NCBI GenBank assembly: GCA_900088475.1
Contig: FLMG01003853.1
Span: 1 to 64,000, forward strand
Source: Hyphochytrium catenoides
Taxonomy: Eukaryota; Protista; Hyphochytriomycota
Direction of reading: 5' to 3'
DNA length: 64,000 nucleotides
Both the position numbers and the translations under genes were made by a program. Positions 1-15,000 of this stretch are shown here, in pieces; the first letter of the stretch is position 1, and every line of letters begins with the position of its first letter. Below the pieces are notes generated by a model. The model searched no databases. It had not been told where the DNA came from and saw only the letters and a list, made by a program, of their open reading frames with translations.

Positions 1-3000
1 CCGCTGATGCCTTCCCTGTCCTGGACGCCAGCTGTGACTAGTTGCATTACGCCACTAGCCGAAGCGCCAGATCCAGTGGAGAGGTACACAGCTCCCCCAG
101 ATGTATGAGTGCCGGCACCTCCACTGACCGTGACGTCGCCCCCTTGAACGGTATCCGAGGCACTTTGTCCTGCGATTATATTGATTGACCCTCCAGCAGC
201 TGTCCCTGGAAGGGCTGCTCCTCCACTAAGTGAAATGGACCCAGCAGCCCCTTCCTGAGCGTCTCCACCACGAAGCTCAATGAGCCCACTGTCACGCGCC
301 CCGGACACTGCGTTCCCTGTCCGTACGAGGATTGAACCAGCCCTGCCACTAGAGGCTTGCCCAGTCAAGAGGGACAAATTACCAGTATGGTGTGTGGCCG
401 AGGATGTACCGATGTCTACATTGCCGCTGCCGGCTTCAGCGGATGAACCACTAAGCAGAGAGAGATGGCCTCCAACGCTTTTCACACTCTTTCCTGCGTA
501 GATCAAGATATTGCCTCCGTTGTCCAGAACCGCTGCCCCGGCGGACATTGCCAGATCTCCCCCGGCACCGCTGCCTTTCCCAATGATGGAACCACTAGAC
601 ATAGATATAGAGCCACCCTTGCTCTTTGATTGTCCGGAGGCAGATCGTAGTGTTATGTTTCCTCCTCGCCCTTCGTTACCCGGAACTCCAGTGAGAATTG
701 ATATGGAACCCGCGCTGTGCCTGTCACTTTGGCCGCTTGCCACAAGAATATCCCCACTACCTCCCATTCCATGTGCATTTCCTGATAACAGTTGGAGACG
801 TCCGGAAGATGCGGATGCAAAGGCGTTCCCGGAGCTAATTGAGACTGGACCGCTATAGCCAGCAAATCCTGAACCACTGGTAATTTGAATTTGTCCTCCG
901 CTTGAAGCGTATCCCGCCGTAGTGCTATCGTTACCGGAACTGATGAACACGGACCCCGCCGGTTCCATTGCTGAGTTCGTACTCCCAGCTATTAGCCAAA
1001 CACTACTGCCAGATATGTTTTCATGTATCTCTGCTGCGCCTGCGGCGACAACGACAGGTCCACTCTGGCCCTGACTAGACTTACCCGAGGCTACGATCAC
1101 CCTTCCTGAGGCTCCGTTGATGGACTCTCCCGAGCGGATTTGCACATCGCCGGAACCTCCTGCTGAAGCTGCGGATGACATCTCCAAGTTGCCAGAAGTT
1201 TGCTTTACAGAGTTACCACTGGTGACCTTTATAGCTGCGGAGCTCTGAGCACTCTCGCCAGTTTCAATGATAACGGCACCACTGCTTGACCTTGGACTTT
1301 TAGCAGACCTAATTTTGATGTCACCACTGCTGCCACCTGTGCCCGCTCCCGAAACAACTTCCACAATTCCACCGTGGGAGGAACTCATACCTGCAGAAAT
1401 ATGAATGCCTGCCCCTTGACTGTTAGTACCCTGCCCTGCGGCAATTTTGACTCCACCTCCACTCCCAGTATCACCGAAAGCAGAACCTGCAGTTAAGCTA
1501 ATGGATCCTCCTGCAGAAGATCCGCTGCCTCCCACCACCGCTAGTGACCCGCCCCTCCCGTTTGCGGAGTCCTTAGTCTCAAGTGATATGGATCCGCTAT
1601 CGCCAATGGAAGGTGATGTCCTAACTACAACATCCCCACTCTTGCCGTTGGTTGATGCGCCACTGCTGAGAATTATATCTCCTCCAAGGGCATCCGTAGA
1701 TCCACCAGCAACCAGCGCTATCTCTCCCCCACTAGCGGACTCACTGGCCCCACCTCTAAGGACTACTTTACCCCCAGAACCAAGGTCCGACGAGCCGGCG
1801 AGAAGCTCCAGATGTCCGCCCGCACTGGAAGAATCTTTTACCGAACTACTGACGAGACGCACGGACGCGGCCAAGGCACCAGCGGAAGCCATTCCGGCAG
1901 ATAAAAGAATGTTTCCTGTCCGCTTTCCAGCAGCCGCACCGCTAACGAGCGAAATGTCACCGCTGGCTGTTGCTACTCCGGTGAGGATACCGACAGCTCC
2001 AGATCGTCCTTGAACATTAGATGCGGTTAGAATTTCAACACTGCCGCTTAATTCTTTGCTAGACGCGCCAGATAGCAGTTGCATTGAGCCTCCAGTTTCA
2101 CCAAACGAGGACCCAGCTTCCAGTAAGACGCTCCCACCAGTTCCAACGGAACCGCTATAAGCCGATCCGGCTTTAATAGCGACACGGCCCCCACTGGCTT
2201 GGCCGAGCGCAGCTCCAGCAGACACCAACACATTTCCAGCCTCTGTTGTGCTATTACTTACAGCAACAGTTATCGAGCCCCCTCGTTCAGAGCCAGCAGG
2301 ACTGCCGGACGAAAGGGCAATCTTCCCTGCTTTCCCCTCCTTTGCCTCGCCTGTGTGAATGTTTAGAGATCCAGAGCTTCCCTGGCTTGAAGAACCAGAA
2401 GAGAGCCATAAAGCTCCACTCTCACCCTCTGTGGTAGGACCTGTGGCCAGACTGATAGAGCCACTAGCCCTTGCACCACCGCTGGAAAGTACCACAATGC
2501 CTGAAGCACTGGACCTCTGGGTGTCCCTAGTGCTGATGTAAACGTTGCCACTGCCATCTGCTCCTCCACCACTGACGAGCTTCAGAGCTCCACCAGAGGA
2601 GGTTAGCCCCAGTCCACCAGAGACTTCGACATCACCACCATTGCCTTTTCCAAGAGTGGAGGGGCCGGCTGCTAACTCTATCGAGCCTCCCTGAGCCCAA
2701 CCCTCAGAGTGAGCGCTCTCTCCAGCTCTCATCACTATAGAAGAGCCTCCAGCACTGTAGCTTTTACCAACAGATAGGGTAATTGAGCCCGCTGCCCCTG
2801 CAGAATTACCACTCGATAGCAGCAAGGATCCCGTAAAAGCTTTGGTGCCGGCAGTAGAAGCCGACCCGACGGAGATATCTCCGGAGGACCCATCCTCGCT
2901 CTTCCCACTCCTGACGGCCACTTGCCCGCTGGTGCTGGTCTCTGACGTTCCGCTTTGAATTTCAATATGCCCTCCATTGCCCTTCTTTGCTGAACCAGCC

Positions 3001-6000
3001 AGGAGCCGGAGGGCACCACCAGTGCTACCCTCTGAAGATCCAGCGGAAAGCATAACCCATCCGCCAGACCCAGAACTTGTTGCAGACATTGAACCAGCAG
3101 TGATTGCGACGGAGCCCCCGGTCGATAAACCAGATGCTCTCCCGGCAGCCAGCAGGATATCACCACTTTGACCCTTCATAGCATCCTCGCTCTCACCAGT
3201 ACTTAGAATAAGCCTGCCACTGCCTCCTCCGACTCCTGACGATCTTCCTGTCATTAACGAAATTGACCCGGATACGCTACCAACTCTACCCGTTCTACCA
3301 GATGATACCTTAATGTCTCCACTATTCATTCCTGACCCAGAGGTAATGCTGATTAAACCTCCCGCTCCTGCTCCTCCAATACCACTTTCCAACTGCAGCG
3401 ATCCACCTTTGTTACCAATCTCTGCATCCCCTGCAAGGATGGCAATCTCCCCTCCCACGCTGTCATGTGATGTTGTTGCACCAGCTGAAAGTAGTATGCC
3501 TCCTCCTTGGCGTCCCCTGGTAATGCCGATCACTCCTGCAATTGATCCACTTCGGCTATCTTCTGACCCAGAGGTGCCAGTGGAAAGTTGGATAGAGCCA
3601 GAACTAGAACGTGCTGCCCTGCCTGTACTGATGGAGATACTACCTGAGCCACCTGAAGATGTCGCCCCACTTCCAAGGGTCAGAGCCCCACTCCTAGTGT
3701 GTCCATCTCCACTTACGGCAAGTACTTCACCTGAATCTCCTTCCATGCTCACACCAGTTCTGAAAGAGAGCCTTCCCGTGGTTTTACCATATGTTGTTCC
3801 TGTTGCCAGGGCTACAGAACCGCTGGATGAGGATGCATAGCCCTGGCCGGATCTGATATTGATGGAGCCCCCCGTGTGGGCGTCAGCGGAGCCTGCTTCG
3901 AGGTCAATACTTCCTCCAAGACCTAGGGATGGTCCAGCAGCTATATAAACTGAGCCGCCTTGACCTTCGGCGGCCACTGCGCTCGCTTTGAGACTGATTG
4001 AGCCTCCGATGGAACTGCCCGACGCCTGGCCAGCCGCCAAGACGATTGAACCTGCTTCCCTTACTCCAGATGAACCTGTCTCCAAGGTCAACTGCCCAGA
4101 AGCTCCGCTCGGGGAGTTTGCAGTTCGAATCAGAACTGCGCCAGATCCTTTCTCACCGGCTTCTGAACGAACGGCGATAAGACCTCCATATCCCGCCGTT
4201 GAAACTCCACCTGACAGGAGAACTGCCCCGCCAAGTCCATCCCCACCAGCTCCTCCTTCGAGAAACAACGTTCCTCCGGAATTTTTGCTAGAACCGGCTG
4301 CAAGACTGATGTTGCCACCTTGCAGGGAAACACCTTGGTCATCTATGACGTCGGATGCCAAATGAATGGAGGGTCCAGAGAGTAAATCACCATTATGAGG
4401 ATAGACCCCGGACGCAATCGTAACAGCACCCCCTCGACTGGAAGATTTAGAAGTCCCACCAGTGAGGATAGACACCGAGCCGCTGAATCCCCTGTCCCCA
4501 GGCGCACCAGAGGAAAGAACGATATTGCCACTATCTTGTCCTGAGACTGTGTCAGGACTCTCGGAAGCGATCAAAACGTCCCCCGTGGCCCCTTTGACAC
4601 TCGAGCCGGATCGCAGCTCGATCGAACCTCCTGTGCGTCCTTTGCTATCCCCCGCTCTTAGGGACAGACTTCCACCGTGTCCTGGCCCCTCATAGTAAGA
4701 GGAAGCTGATCCTCCTTTAATGAGTATTCCTCCTGCCAGACCTCCTTTTGGACCGAGAGAGCCCGCTAAGACACTTATGTTGCCACCAGATGCGATGCCT
4801 TTGTCCCACGTTACCGGTCCTGCCTGGAGCATAATTGAGCCTGACTCTCCTCTCCCAGCTCCCGTCCTCAAGAAAATGTGCCCAGAGGGACCTGTGGATG
4901 CATCACCCGTGTGCACTTGAGCAGAGCCTGACTGTTCCCCTGCCCAACCGGTCATGACGTCGATAGCACCTGAAACAGATTGAGATGTTCCAGTTGAAAG
5001 CGAGAGATTGCCTGACGGCCCTAGGCCGCCGGTACCGGAAAATAGTGATACCGATCCTCCTTTAGAGGTATGGTTGCTGCTACTTATCAATACACTGCCA
5101 CTTTGCGAGCCTTGGCCGCCAAGGAGGTGAAGGTCACCACCACGTCCTGTATAACTTGAACCACCTTCCAGCCTTAGCATCCCCCCAAAGCCGATACCTG
5201 TAGCTGTTGATGACCCAGCCTTGATTCTAACAGATCCACCCGAACCTTGGATGGCCGATGAATCTCCTGCCACCAACTCAATAGCTCCTCCCAGTGGCCC
5301 TCCGCTTGAGCCCACTTTAATCGTAACAGAACCAGCGTTGTTTGAATGTGCCTCTCCAGAGCGGAGGTTCAACCCACCAGATGCTCCTCTCAGCGAGTCA
5401 GCCGATTTCAAAACAAGTGTGCCACTTGTCTTCGCAGCTTGCCCGGAGCCCATCACTACGTTTCCACTTTCACCGTCATGTGAGTGGCCGCTGTTTAGGA
5501 GTAGGCTCCCACTGATCTCTTCTCCACTATCGCCACTCGCTAACGAGAGACTACCACCTTTCGATCCTCTAGACGAACCCGCAGATATAAGAGTTGCACC
5601 TCCCGAAGCGGAAATGCCTGACACAGCAGATCCAGCTGTGATCGTTACTGAGCCCGGATTTGGTCCAGATACAGAAGAAAGCGCAATGTTGCCAGATGCG
5701 CCGCTGACTATATTAATATCGCCACTTTCACCCCCTACTGCGCCTGACCTAGTCGTAACAGTGATGCTGCCACTCACTGCGCTAGACGAGGTTGACGAAG
5801 AGATAGTCACGGTGCCACTAGCACCGTCAAGAGCTGATCCTGACCTCATGACTATAGAACCGCCTAAGCCCGTATTAACATCTCCAGCTGAAAGCTCCAG
5901 AAAGCCACCTTCTGACCACAGTTCGGTAGAGTTCAGGCTTGAACCGCCCTTAATAGTAACAGTTCCTGCCAGACCGTTGGATTCAATCGATCCCCCAATA

Positions 6001-9000
6001 ATGTTTACCTCTCCAGCTTTGCCATAGCGCTTCTGAGTCTTGCCAGCGGCCAGTACGATGGAGCCGCTACCATCAGCGCCAGACCCGGAAGATACTGTCA
6101 CTGTACCCGTGCTTTTGTCCCTGGAATTACCCGTCCCCACTGTTATAGAACCAGACTCGTTCATTACGGTGGAGCCACTTCTCAAAGCTATCTCTCCCGA
6201 CTTAAGGTTAGCGAGGCCAGTTGACAGCGTGATAAGGCCGGAGGACCCTTGTGTGGCGCCACTTGAAAGCCTGACTCTCCCGCTACCCTTAGGCCCATCA
6301 CCACTACCTATCATGAAGTCTCCACTTCCAGCTTGTGAACTTCCGCCACTCGATATATAAACGGCACCACCATTTCCTATTTGGCTAAGGCCACCTTGGA
6401 GCTTCAATTGACCGCCCAATCCTTTGCTGACGCCGTGAGAGGAGCCAGCTTGCAGGATTAGTGAACCTCCAGAAACGGCACTGCTCTGAGATCTGGTGTT
6501 ACCCGCGGAAATATGGATACTTCCGCCGTCTGAACTAGAGCTCTGACCTACTGTGATGTCAACCGACCCTGAGGGACCAAAATTGGAATCTCCTGATCCG
6601 ATAAGGATGCGACCGCTTGGTCCTGTAATGGAACTTGAGGTCTGTAGGAGGAGATGTCCAGTGGACCTTCCCGAGCCAGTTGTAATAGTGATGTTGCCAC
6701 TTTGGTTCCCAGAGGAAGACCCCGACCGAAAGGTCATTGGACCACTTTCCTCACGACCATCACCACTGTAAAGCTCCAATGCTCCTCCAGACGACTCAGC
6801 TGAGGAGCCGGCGATGAGCGTTATGTCTCCTCCTGACCCATAAGACTTCCCGTGTGATGCTGCTGCCATGATGGCAACGGAGCCGCCAGTTTGGCTCGCG
6901 TCATGTTGTGCTCCGGCGGAAAGGGAGATAGACCCACTGCTAGAGCCCTTAGACTCGCCACTACTAATGTTGATCGCTCCACTAGGAGCCTTGCTGGAAG
7001 AGCCAGTGGAGACCTGAATCCTTCCACTTCTCCCTAGCGACGAAGAGGCAGAACTGATTTGTATCTGACTGCCATCTGTAGCTGCAGCTTGAGCTCCATT
7101 TCCAGACGCAATGTATACTGACCCTCCCGAGCCCGCGCCCCCGTCACCGGCTAGCAACTTCACATTCCCACCGATCGATTCTGGGAGAGTAGAGTGCGTG
7201 GCAGATCCTGCCATCAGTGTGACATCTCCAGCCACACCGTTTGACCCCACGAATCCTGACCTCAACGATATGCTACCTCCGGAGGCCTCATCTGCTATGG
7301 CAGTCCCAACACTGATCGTGATGGAGCCAGTCACCTTGGATCCCATGCCACTTGTAAACTCCACAGCTCCAGAACTGCCCCTTTCAGCGTTGCCGCTTGT
7401 GACGGTCACAGCCCCGGAGGATCTACTGCTTGCGCTACTGCCAACCGTGACATTGCCTGATGCCATCTCGGAAACACCACTGACGAGACGGGTACTCCCT
7501 GAGTAATGGCTTCCTGCCCCGGAGGATAGCGTAAGCGAACCTGTCTTGCTAAGACTGTCGCTTGTCGCCACAAGGATGTTACCACTTCTCCTACGGTGTC
7601 CTTGTCCACTTACTATATCCACAGAACCACCGATATCCGCGACACTTTGCCCACCTAAAAGTAATATGGAGCCCCCCATACCACTTTTATTGGTTCTTGC
7701 AGAGCCAGCACTGACTACAACAGAGCCCCCTGCCCCGTTCGTTAGTGTGCTGGATCCTGCGAAGAGCTCGAGGGAACCTCCAGTACCACTGTTACTCTCC
7801 CCAACCTTCGCTACAATAGATCCTGCAGAATCAGTGGAACTGGCTGCGCCTGTCTCTAGGAGGACTGATCCACTCGGGCCATCACTAGCAGGAGATGAGG
7901 CAAAGGTCAGGTTGCCAGTAGTGCGTCCTCTCCCTGACTGAAGACTTATCTTCCCACTGGCCCCTCGTGCAGCTAAGGCGGTAGACACTCTAATGGCGCC
8001 ACTAGAGTGTCCGTCACCACGACCGCTTAATATCTCTAGATCACCACCGTCTGATGCGCTCGATCCAGCCGCAAGCTTCAAAGTTCCACCAGTTCCATCT
8101 TGCCCAAACTCAGCTACAGTCCCCGCTTGGATGACAATCGATCCTCCACGATTGGATTTCGCACCTCCCCCAGAAGATAGGGTAATGTCGCCGCCATGGC
8201 CGTGCTGAGACTCACCAGTTTGCAGCGAAATACTCCCGCTAGGACCTACCGCTGAAGCCCCTGTCCGCACGCTAATCCTTCCGGACAAAGAGCTGACTGC
8301 CTCGTCTGCGGTCGCCAAACTGACGCCGCCCTGAATTTCATTCAATCCACCCCCACTTCCCGATCGTAGAATGACCGATCCACCAACTCCGTAGCTGCTA
8401 TCCCCAGCCTGCAATCTGAGGCTACCACCTCTGGAAGCGGAAGAGGGCTCACTTGTCGACGTAGACTTCAGAGCTGATCCACCCTTCATATAGATATCAC
8501 CGCCGGAATTACTTGGACCCTCTATATCACCGGCAGAGAGCGCAATGGCACCAGCGCGGGAAGCTGTGCCGCCAGACTTACCCACAGAAAAATGCATGCC
8601 TCCAACGTTTCCAAGAGCTGAAGGACCCGAAGATAGAGTTACGGAACCTGATGACCCATGAGAGACTTCTCCGGTTCCGATCGTTAGAGAGCCAGAGGTG
8701 CCATCTGAAGTAGCTGTGGCGAGCAATAGGGAACCGGAGTGTGCACTGGATTTGCCGCTTGCAACTGTTATGTTACCAGACGGCCCGGTGATGGCCATGC
8801 CAGATGACAAAGTTAGAGAGCCACTTGCAAGTTTGCCTTCCGCTGTCACTACACTGATGGCCCCACTTTTGTAGACCAGGCTTGATCCACTCATTATTTC
8901 GACGCTTCCTCCAGTGCCACCTGAGGTAAGACCTCCCTTGATCCTGACCTGACCTCCCCTGTTGCTGTTCTCTTCATTGACCACCGATCCCCCCGTAAGG

Positions 9001-12000
9001 TCAAGAGAACCTCCAGTGCCGTCTCTGCCTAAACTGCGGCCCGCTGAAATCTTAACGGAACCTCCAGGACCTTCTCTGCCAGCTCCGACATTGATTATGA
9101 TGGACCCTGCCTGTCCCAGGTTGGACTCCCCGGACGACAGATGTAGAGATCCACTCCCAGCGGCAGTTAGACTGCTAGACGAGCGCAAGACAACGTCGCC
9201 AGTACCAGCGCCTTCACCTGTCTCCAGTACTAGTTTCCCACTCCTATCGCCTCTTGAGAGTCCACTTGCAATTTTAATCGAGCCGCTGCTAGATGAGGCA
9301 CTTTGTCCGCTGATCAACTCCAGTAGCCCGCCTGACGCCCTTGCTGATCCAGCTGACAACAGAATGCTCCCAGGGTTCATCTGAGTGGCAGAACCTGCAA
9401 CGATGTGGACGGATCCACCCTGGGAGAGACTACCGCCAGCTTGTACTAAGACATCGCCAGTTTGTCCTTTGAAGGAATGTCCTGTGAGCAAAGCTAGATC
9501 TCCACTGCGGCCTGCATCCGTAACCGAACCGGTAGANNNNNNNNNNNNNNNNNNNNNNNNNNNNNNNNNNNNNNNNNNNNNNNNNNNNNNNNNNNNNNNN
9601 NNNGCCTGCATGGGACGACGCTAGGCTAGCAGAAGCCAATGCTCCTCCTTGGATTTTTACGCCACCAGCCAGTCCGTCTCCGACGACAGTCCCGGCTTTT
9701 AAAGTGATAGCACCGCCGGCAGACTGGCTCGTCTTAACGGACTCCACGATTCCTGCCGCAATAATGATACGGCCACTTTCGCTGGAAGAGCTGGAGCCGG
9801 ACGATAGAATGACATCACCTGAGGCTCCTTGAATGGCATCCCCGGAACTTAGAGTTGCAGAGCCCGACGAACCCTTTGAGGATTGTCCAGTAGCAAGCAA
9901 TATGGCCCCTGATGACCCCTCTGCAGCGTGCCCACTGAGAAGAGTCATAAGACCAGAGTTTTTTTGGTAGGACAGACCAGTTGATAGCAGCACCGAGCCG
10001 CTACGGTCCTGGCTGTTTCTGCTAAAAATCATGAGATTCCCGCTGCCCTCCTCCCCTTCTCCGCTAGAGATTTTGGCTGAACCTCCTCTATCACCGTGGC
10101 TTCCGCCGGCAGCCAGACTGAGAGACCCACCAGCTCCCCTGGTTTTGCTGGTGGCTGTTCCAGCTTGAATAGTCACGGCTCCTCCTGCCCCGCCATTGAC
10201 GGACGCATTGCCTGCGAGAATTTCCACCAGCCCACCGGCTTCTGTATGAGACAAAGAGTCCCATATCTTCATGCTAATCTTGCCTGTTGTAGCTCCACTA
10301 CCAACCTCAAGAAGCAAGCTGCCACTCCCTCCTTGAACCATGCCATTGGGAGCTGAAGTTTGGATGCGAATGTCCCCGGTGACATTGCCGCCAGAACCAG
10401 AGAGCAGCTGTATGTCTCCACTCAAACGCTCTCCTGGCGATGTCTGCAGCATGATACTGCCGCTATTCGCTGACTGACTAGCCCCGCTGATAAGGACAAT
10501 ATCTCCACCTGATGACGCTTCAGAGCTTCCCGATGACAGCTTCAAGTGCCCGCCGGGACCGGAACCAACACCTTCCATTGAGCCGGCTCTTATGTCAACG
10601 GGTGCTCCTGGGCCACTATCCCCGGTTCCACTTCCCGCTACAAGACTAAGTCTGCCACCATGTGCATGTAAGGACGAACCAGTTGCAACGACTATATCGC
10701 CACTAGGTCCATGAATGGAGTAGCCGCTCATAAAGTTAAGGTTACCACTACTGCCATCTACGGATGAAGAGGCGATTGTGACGTTTCCACTGCTACTAGT
10801 CACAGGTCCACCCCCTGTGGTCAAAGCCTTTGTTGCACCACCGGATTTAATACGTATAGAACCGCCCACGGAGTTCACTCCTCCTGCACCGCCGGATAGC
10901 TCAACACTACCACCTCTTGATGTTGTCTGGATTGAAGACGTCAAGGCAGAACCACCGCTTAGACTGATGCCGCCGCCATTACCCTTATCCGCTCTGGAGG
11001 TGATCGAGCCAGCAGCCAGGCTGATTGCCCCACCCGTGGCGTTGTCACCAACGGCAGAGCCTACTTCCAGTCTGATGGAACCTGCACTCTGGTACCCGGA
11101 CCCTGACGACAGTACGATCCCACCGGATGGACCTTTCCTTGCCGCTCCCGTGCCAACTATGGCAGAGCCCGAAGTGAAACCCGAAGAAGCACTTGCAAAA
11201 ATAACCGAGCCAGAAATACTGTTGGAGGAGCCAGAGAGAAGTCTCACGTTTCCAGAGGGTCCTAATTCGGAGTGGTTCTCCCCAGAGGACATAGTGAGAG
11301 AGCCAGTTGGACCATTGCTAGTTCTACTCTGGGCACTGTTGATCACCACGCGACCGGTCTCGTTGTCGCCTTGCAAGGTGCTGCCACTCACAAGTTGTAA
11401 TGTACCGCCTGTTTTCATGTTGCTATTGCCAGCTACAACTTTTATGGCCCCTCCTGCACCTGTGTCACTGGAACCTGCACTCAAGACTAGAGAGCCACCT
11501 GCATTATTGTACGTGGATCCGCCTTCAACCCTTATCGAACCCCCAAATTGATCGGTTGTAGCGGACGTCCCGGCTCGGATGCTGATTGGGCCTGCACTAC
11601 CAGACGGTGAATCTCCTGTCGTAAACTGAAGGTGTCCTGAATGGCTTGGTAAGGAGGTGCTGCTGGAGGCAACGGCAGAGCCGATGGTGACGTTGCCGGT
11701 AGCAATCCCAGAACCTGAGGTAAGCATTAACCCTCCACTAAGCCCAGATCTTGCTGTTCCGCTGGATATTGTGACCTTCCCACTACTATTTTCACTGTTT
11801 CCGCTTAAGAGCTCGACCGTACCTCCCGGTGAAGACCCGGAGGCGCCAGAGACAAGCTGGAGGGCACCGCCCTCTCCGGCTTCAGGGCCAAACATGTCAC
11901 CCGCTTTAATGGAGACTGATCCTCCCTGAGCAATTCCTTCCCCTTGTCCGGATGAAATCCAAATGTCTCCTCCAGATCCCTTCTTAGCCGACCGGCCTGT

Positions 12001-15000
12001 CTGAATGAAGATTTCACCAGTATCCCCAGAGGGTACAGAGGCAGTGGAAAAGGTCATCTTCCCTCCACCACCCATTTGCGACTTTGAGGTTGCGACAGTC
12101 ACATCACCAGAGCTCCCCCGCTCGCTTGAACCGGACAGAAGCACAACTGAACCCGCTTTGCCGCTGCCACGACTATTTCCGCCTTCTAGATTGACATTTC
12201 CCGCTTCTCCCATTAGAGCTCCGGGTGATAGAATTGAGCCTGCCTTGAAATAAAGAGCACCACCAGATCCGGTACTGGTCTGCACAGAACCGGCTGACAC
12301 CATAATCGCTCCACCATGTTCACCCGTGCTTGTGCCAGCTTGAAGGGATATATTCCCTGTGGAAGTGGAGCTGTCATCACCAGTGGAGAACAGGAGAGAA
12401 CCAGAGTCACCTCGGACACCTTTACCGGTCCCAATGACGATAGAGCCAGACTCACCGCCAGAAGATGCGGTTAGGAGGGTGAGAGACCCTGACCTAGAAC
12501 GGGGTAATCCTGTCTTTATGCTGATGTCACCGGACTCTCCCTGCGATGCCGTACCAGAAAATATACTTACGGAGCCGCTATTCTTTCCTCCTCGAGCACT
12601 TCCAACGACGATGGACCCGCTTTTGCCATCAGGTGCACCACCGCTCTTTACTTCGAGTGATCCACCATCTTTGAACCGAGTAGCCCCACCTTCAATGCTA
12701 ACGCTTCCTCCGTTCCCGCCCTCACTGCTCTGCGAGGAGCCCGCCAGAAGACGAATGCTGCCTGCTCCGTCTCCTCCCTTGCCGGTGGTACTACCGGCTA
12801 CCAGAGAAACGTCACCCGCTTCAAATCCGCCTGACGACCCCACTCTAAGAGAAATCCCACCTGTGGTGCCAGCGGTAGCGTTACCCGTCTCCATCATAAC
12901 CATCCCAGTGTTACCATTTGTAGAAGCAGCTGATTGTATGAAAATTCTACCCGTACTGAACCCGGTACCGGACTGCAGGTGCAGGTCGCCAGAAAAACCC
13001 GTACGCGCTCTACCAGTTGAAAGTGTTACGGATCCTGTCGAAGAGACCTCAGCGTGCCCACTGGTTAAGCTAATTTGTCCACTACCAGAAGCAGAAGAAG
13101 TTCCGGACATAACTTTAACGGCCCCGCCTATGCCAGAATTGGGTCCTAACATAGATCCTGCTTCAATCTTAACGTACCCTCCCTCGGTTTGACCTAGTCC
13201 GACTCCAGATCCTAAGAGAATGTTGCCAGCTTTAGAAGCCGCGCTGCCTGTCTGTAGAACGATGCTCCCCGTGGAGCTGGAAGCTGATGATCCCGTAGAA
13301 AGAGTAACAGTCCCACTGCCACCAGCACCGTCCTTGGTGTCTGAAGATGCTAATGTGACATGTCCCGCACTCGTGCCAGGAAGTATGGCAGCGCCCGACT
13401 TAATCATGACAGATCCACCGGGACCGGCGGTGCTAAACCCAGCTTGGAACCTCAGGTTGCCACCTTTCACGGCGCTAGAAGCCGGAAGCAGTGCTGACCC
13501 GGCGGTGAGCTCAATATCCCCTCCGCTGCCCCCTCCTTTGCTGGAACCAGCGGACAACACGATTTTCCCGCCGGGAGACGATGTCTCTTTTCCAGCCCCC
13601 CAGCCACCCTTTAAGCTTATAGCGCCGCTGTAGGTACCTCCAGAGCCTGAGGAGATCGAAACAGATCCCGAGTATCCTTCAGAGGAGTTACCCGTTCCGA
13701 TGACAACTTGACCAGAGAGTCCTCTAGAAGCTGAACTTTGAAACATGACCGAACCCGAATGTCCTCCAGTAGCCTTCCCGCTGGCGACAATGATGGCGCC
13801 AGAGGTCGCATCTCCCAATTTGGAATCTGATACGTCGCCCGAGGAGAGAACTACAGAACCAGTTTTCCCAGCCGTACTGCTAGCGGTGGCTAGGAGCAGT
13901 TGTCCTGTGGATACCGTTTGACTACCTCCACTCAGTATTTCTATTGAACCACCAGGGCCACCTTTCGCTTCACCGGCTAAGAGACGAATATGCCCTCCCC
14001 TAGAAGACTTATTGCTATCATGGTCTACTGCAGAACCAGCCATTAGATGAATAGAACCAGCGATGGCTTCCCTACCGGACCCTCCACCTGATTTGATGGT
14101 CACTGACCCTCCACCACCATGGCCTCCTAGTCCACCTTCCACTGATATGGACCCTGCTTGACCCGAAGCTGAATCACCAGACTTGACTAAGACTGATCCA
14201 GACGTTCCTTCACTTGCAGGCGAGGACTGCATCGAAATGTTTCCCGTCTGGAAAGAGGCGACCCCAGTAAAAACCTCAATGTTACCGCTCTCAGTTCCAG
14301 TCGTACTTCCCGTGCCAATGCTAATATCTCCACTCTTGTGAGACGCACTAACCCCTGTCTTTAGCTCTATTTCTCCCCCAACGGATGAGGTAGAAGAACC
14401 AGAAGTGAGTTGGATTCTTCCGGCAGAAGCTTCACGGACCGATCCAGCTAAAATAACTACAGAACCTCCAAAGGCGTCATTTCCTGAGCCCGCTGAAAGG
14501 GCAATCCTGCCGCTGACACGGCTGTTGCCGGTAGCGATATTAACGCTGCCGCTACGCCCTGAGCTGGCACTACCACTGGAAAGCACAACGTTACCGCTGC
14601 TTCCTTTGTCCAGCGCACTTGATGACCCAAGAGCAAGACTACCTGTATGGCCTTCTCTTACGGAGCCAGAACGGATGAGTATGGCACCTGAGGTGCCAGA
14701 AATTGCATCACCCGACATAATAGACACCCTGCCTCCATGGGAGAGCGGACCAGTTGCGGGGGGACGTGCAAGTACCGAACCGGCCCTCAGTGTCACAGCG
14801 CCGCCATTACCCGCGGCGCCAATAGAACCAGCCGAGAGCATGACGGCACCTCCAGAAAGACCGCCCATGGCTTGTGTGACAGGAAATATCCCTCCGACGC
14901 CTATCTTCACAGACCCAGCTTCCCCAGAGGAGGAGGAGCCGGAGGAGAGTGACAGCGATCCAGCAGATCCGTCTGCCGCAGATCCTGTTTTAAGGAACAC

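Noticed and set aside
9430-9536. Stop codon and C-terminus given for the 6669-aa ORF
   Set aside because: Wrong frame caused by the 67-N gap. The repeat continues in the adjacent frame.
12404-12420. RGD tripeptide (VRGDSG; another near 9245) as an integrin-type ligand
   Set aside because: Expected by chance in about 10,000 Gly-rich residues, with no supporting context.
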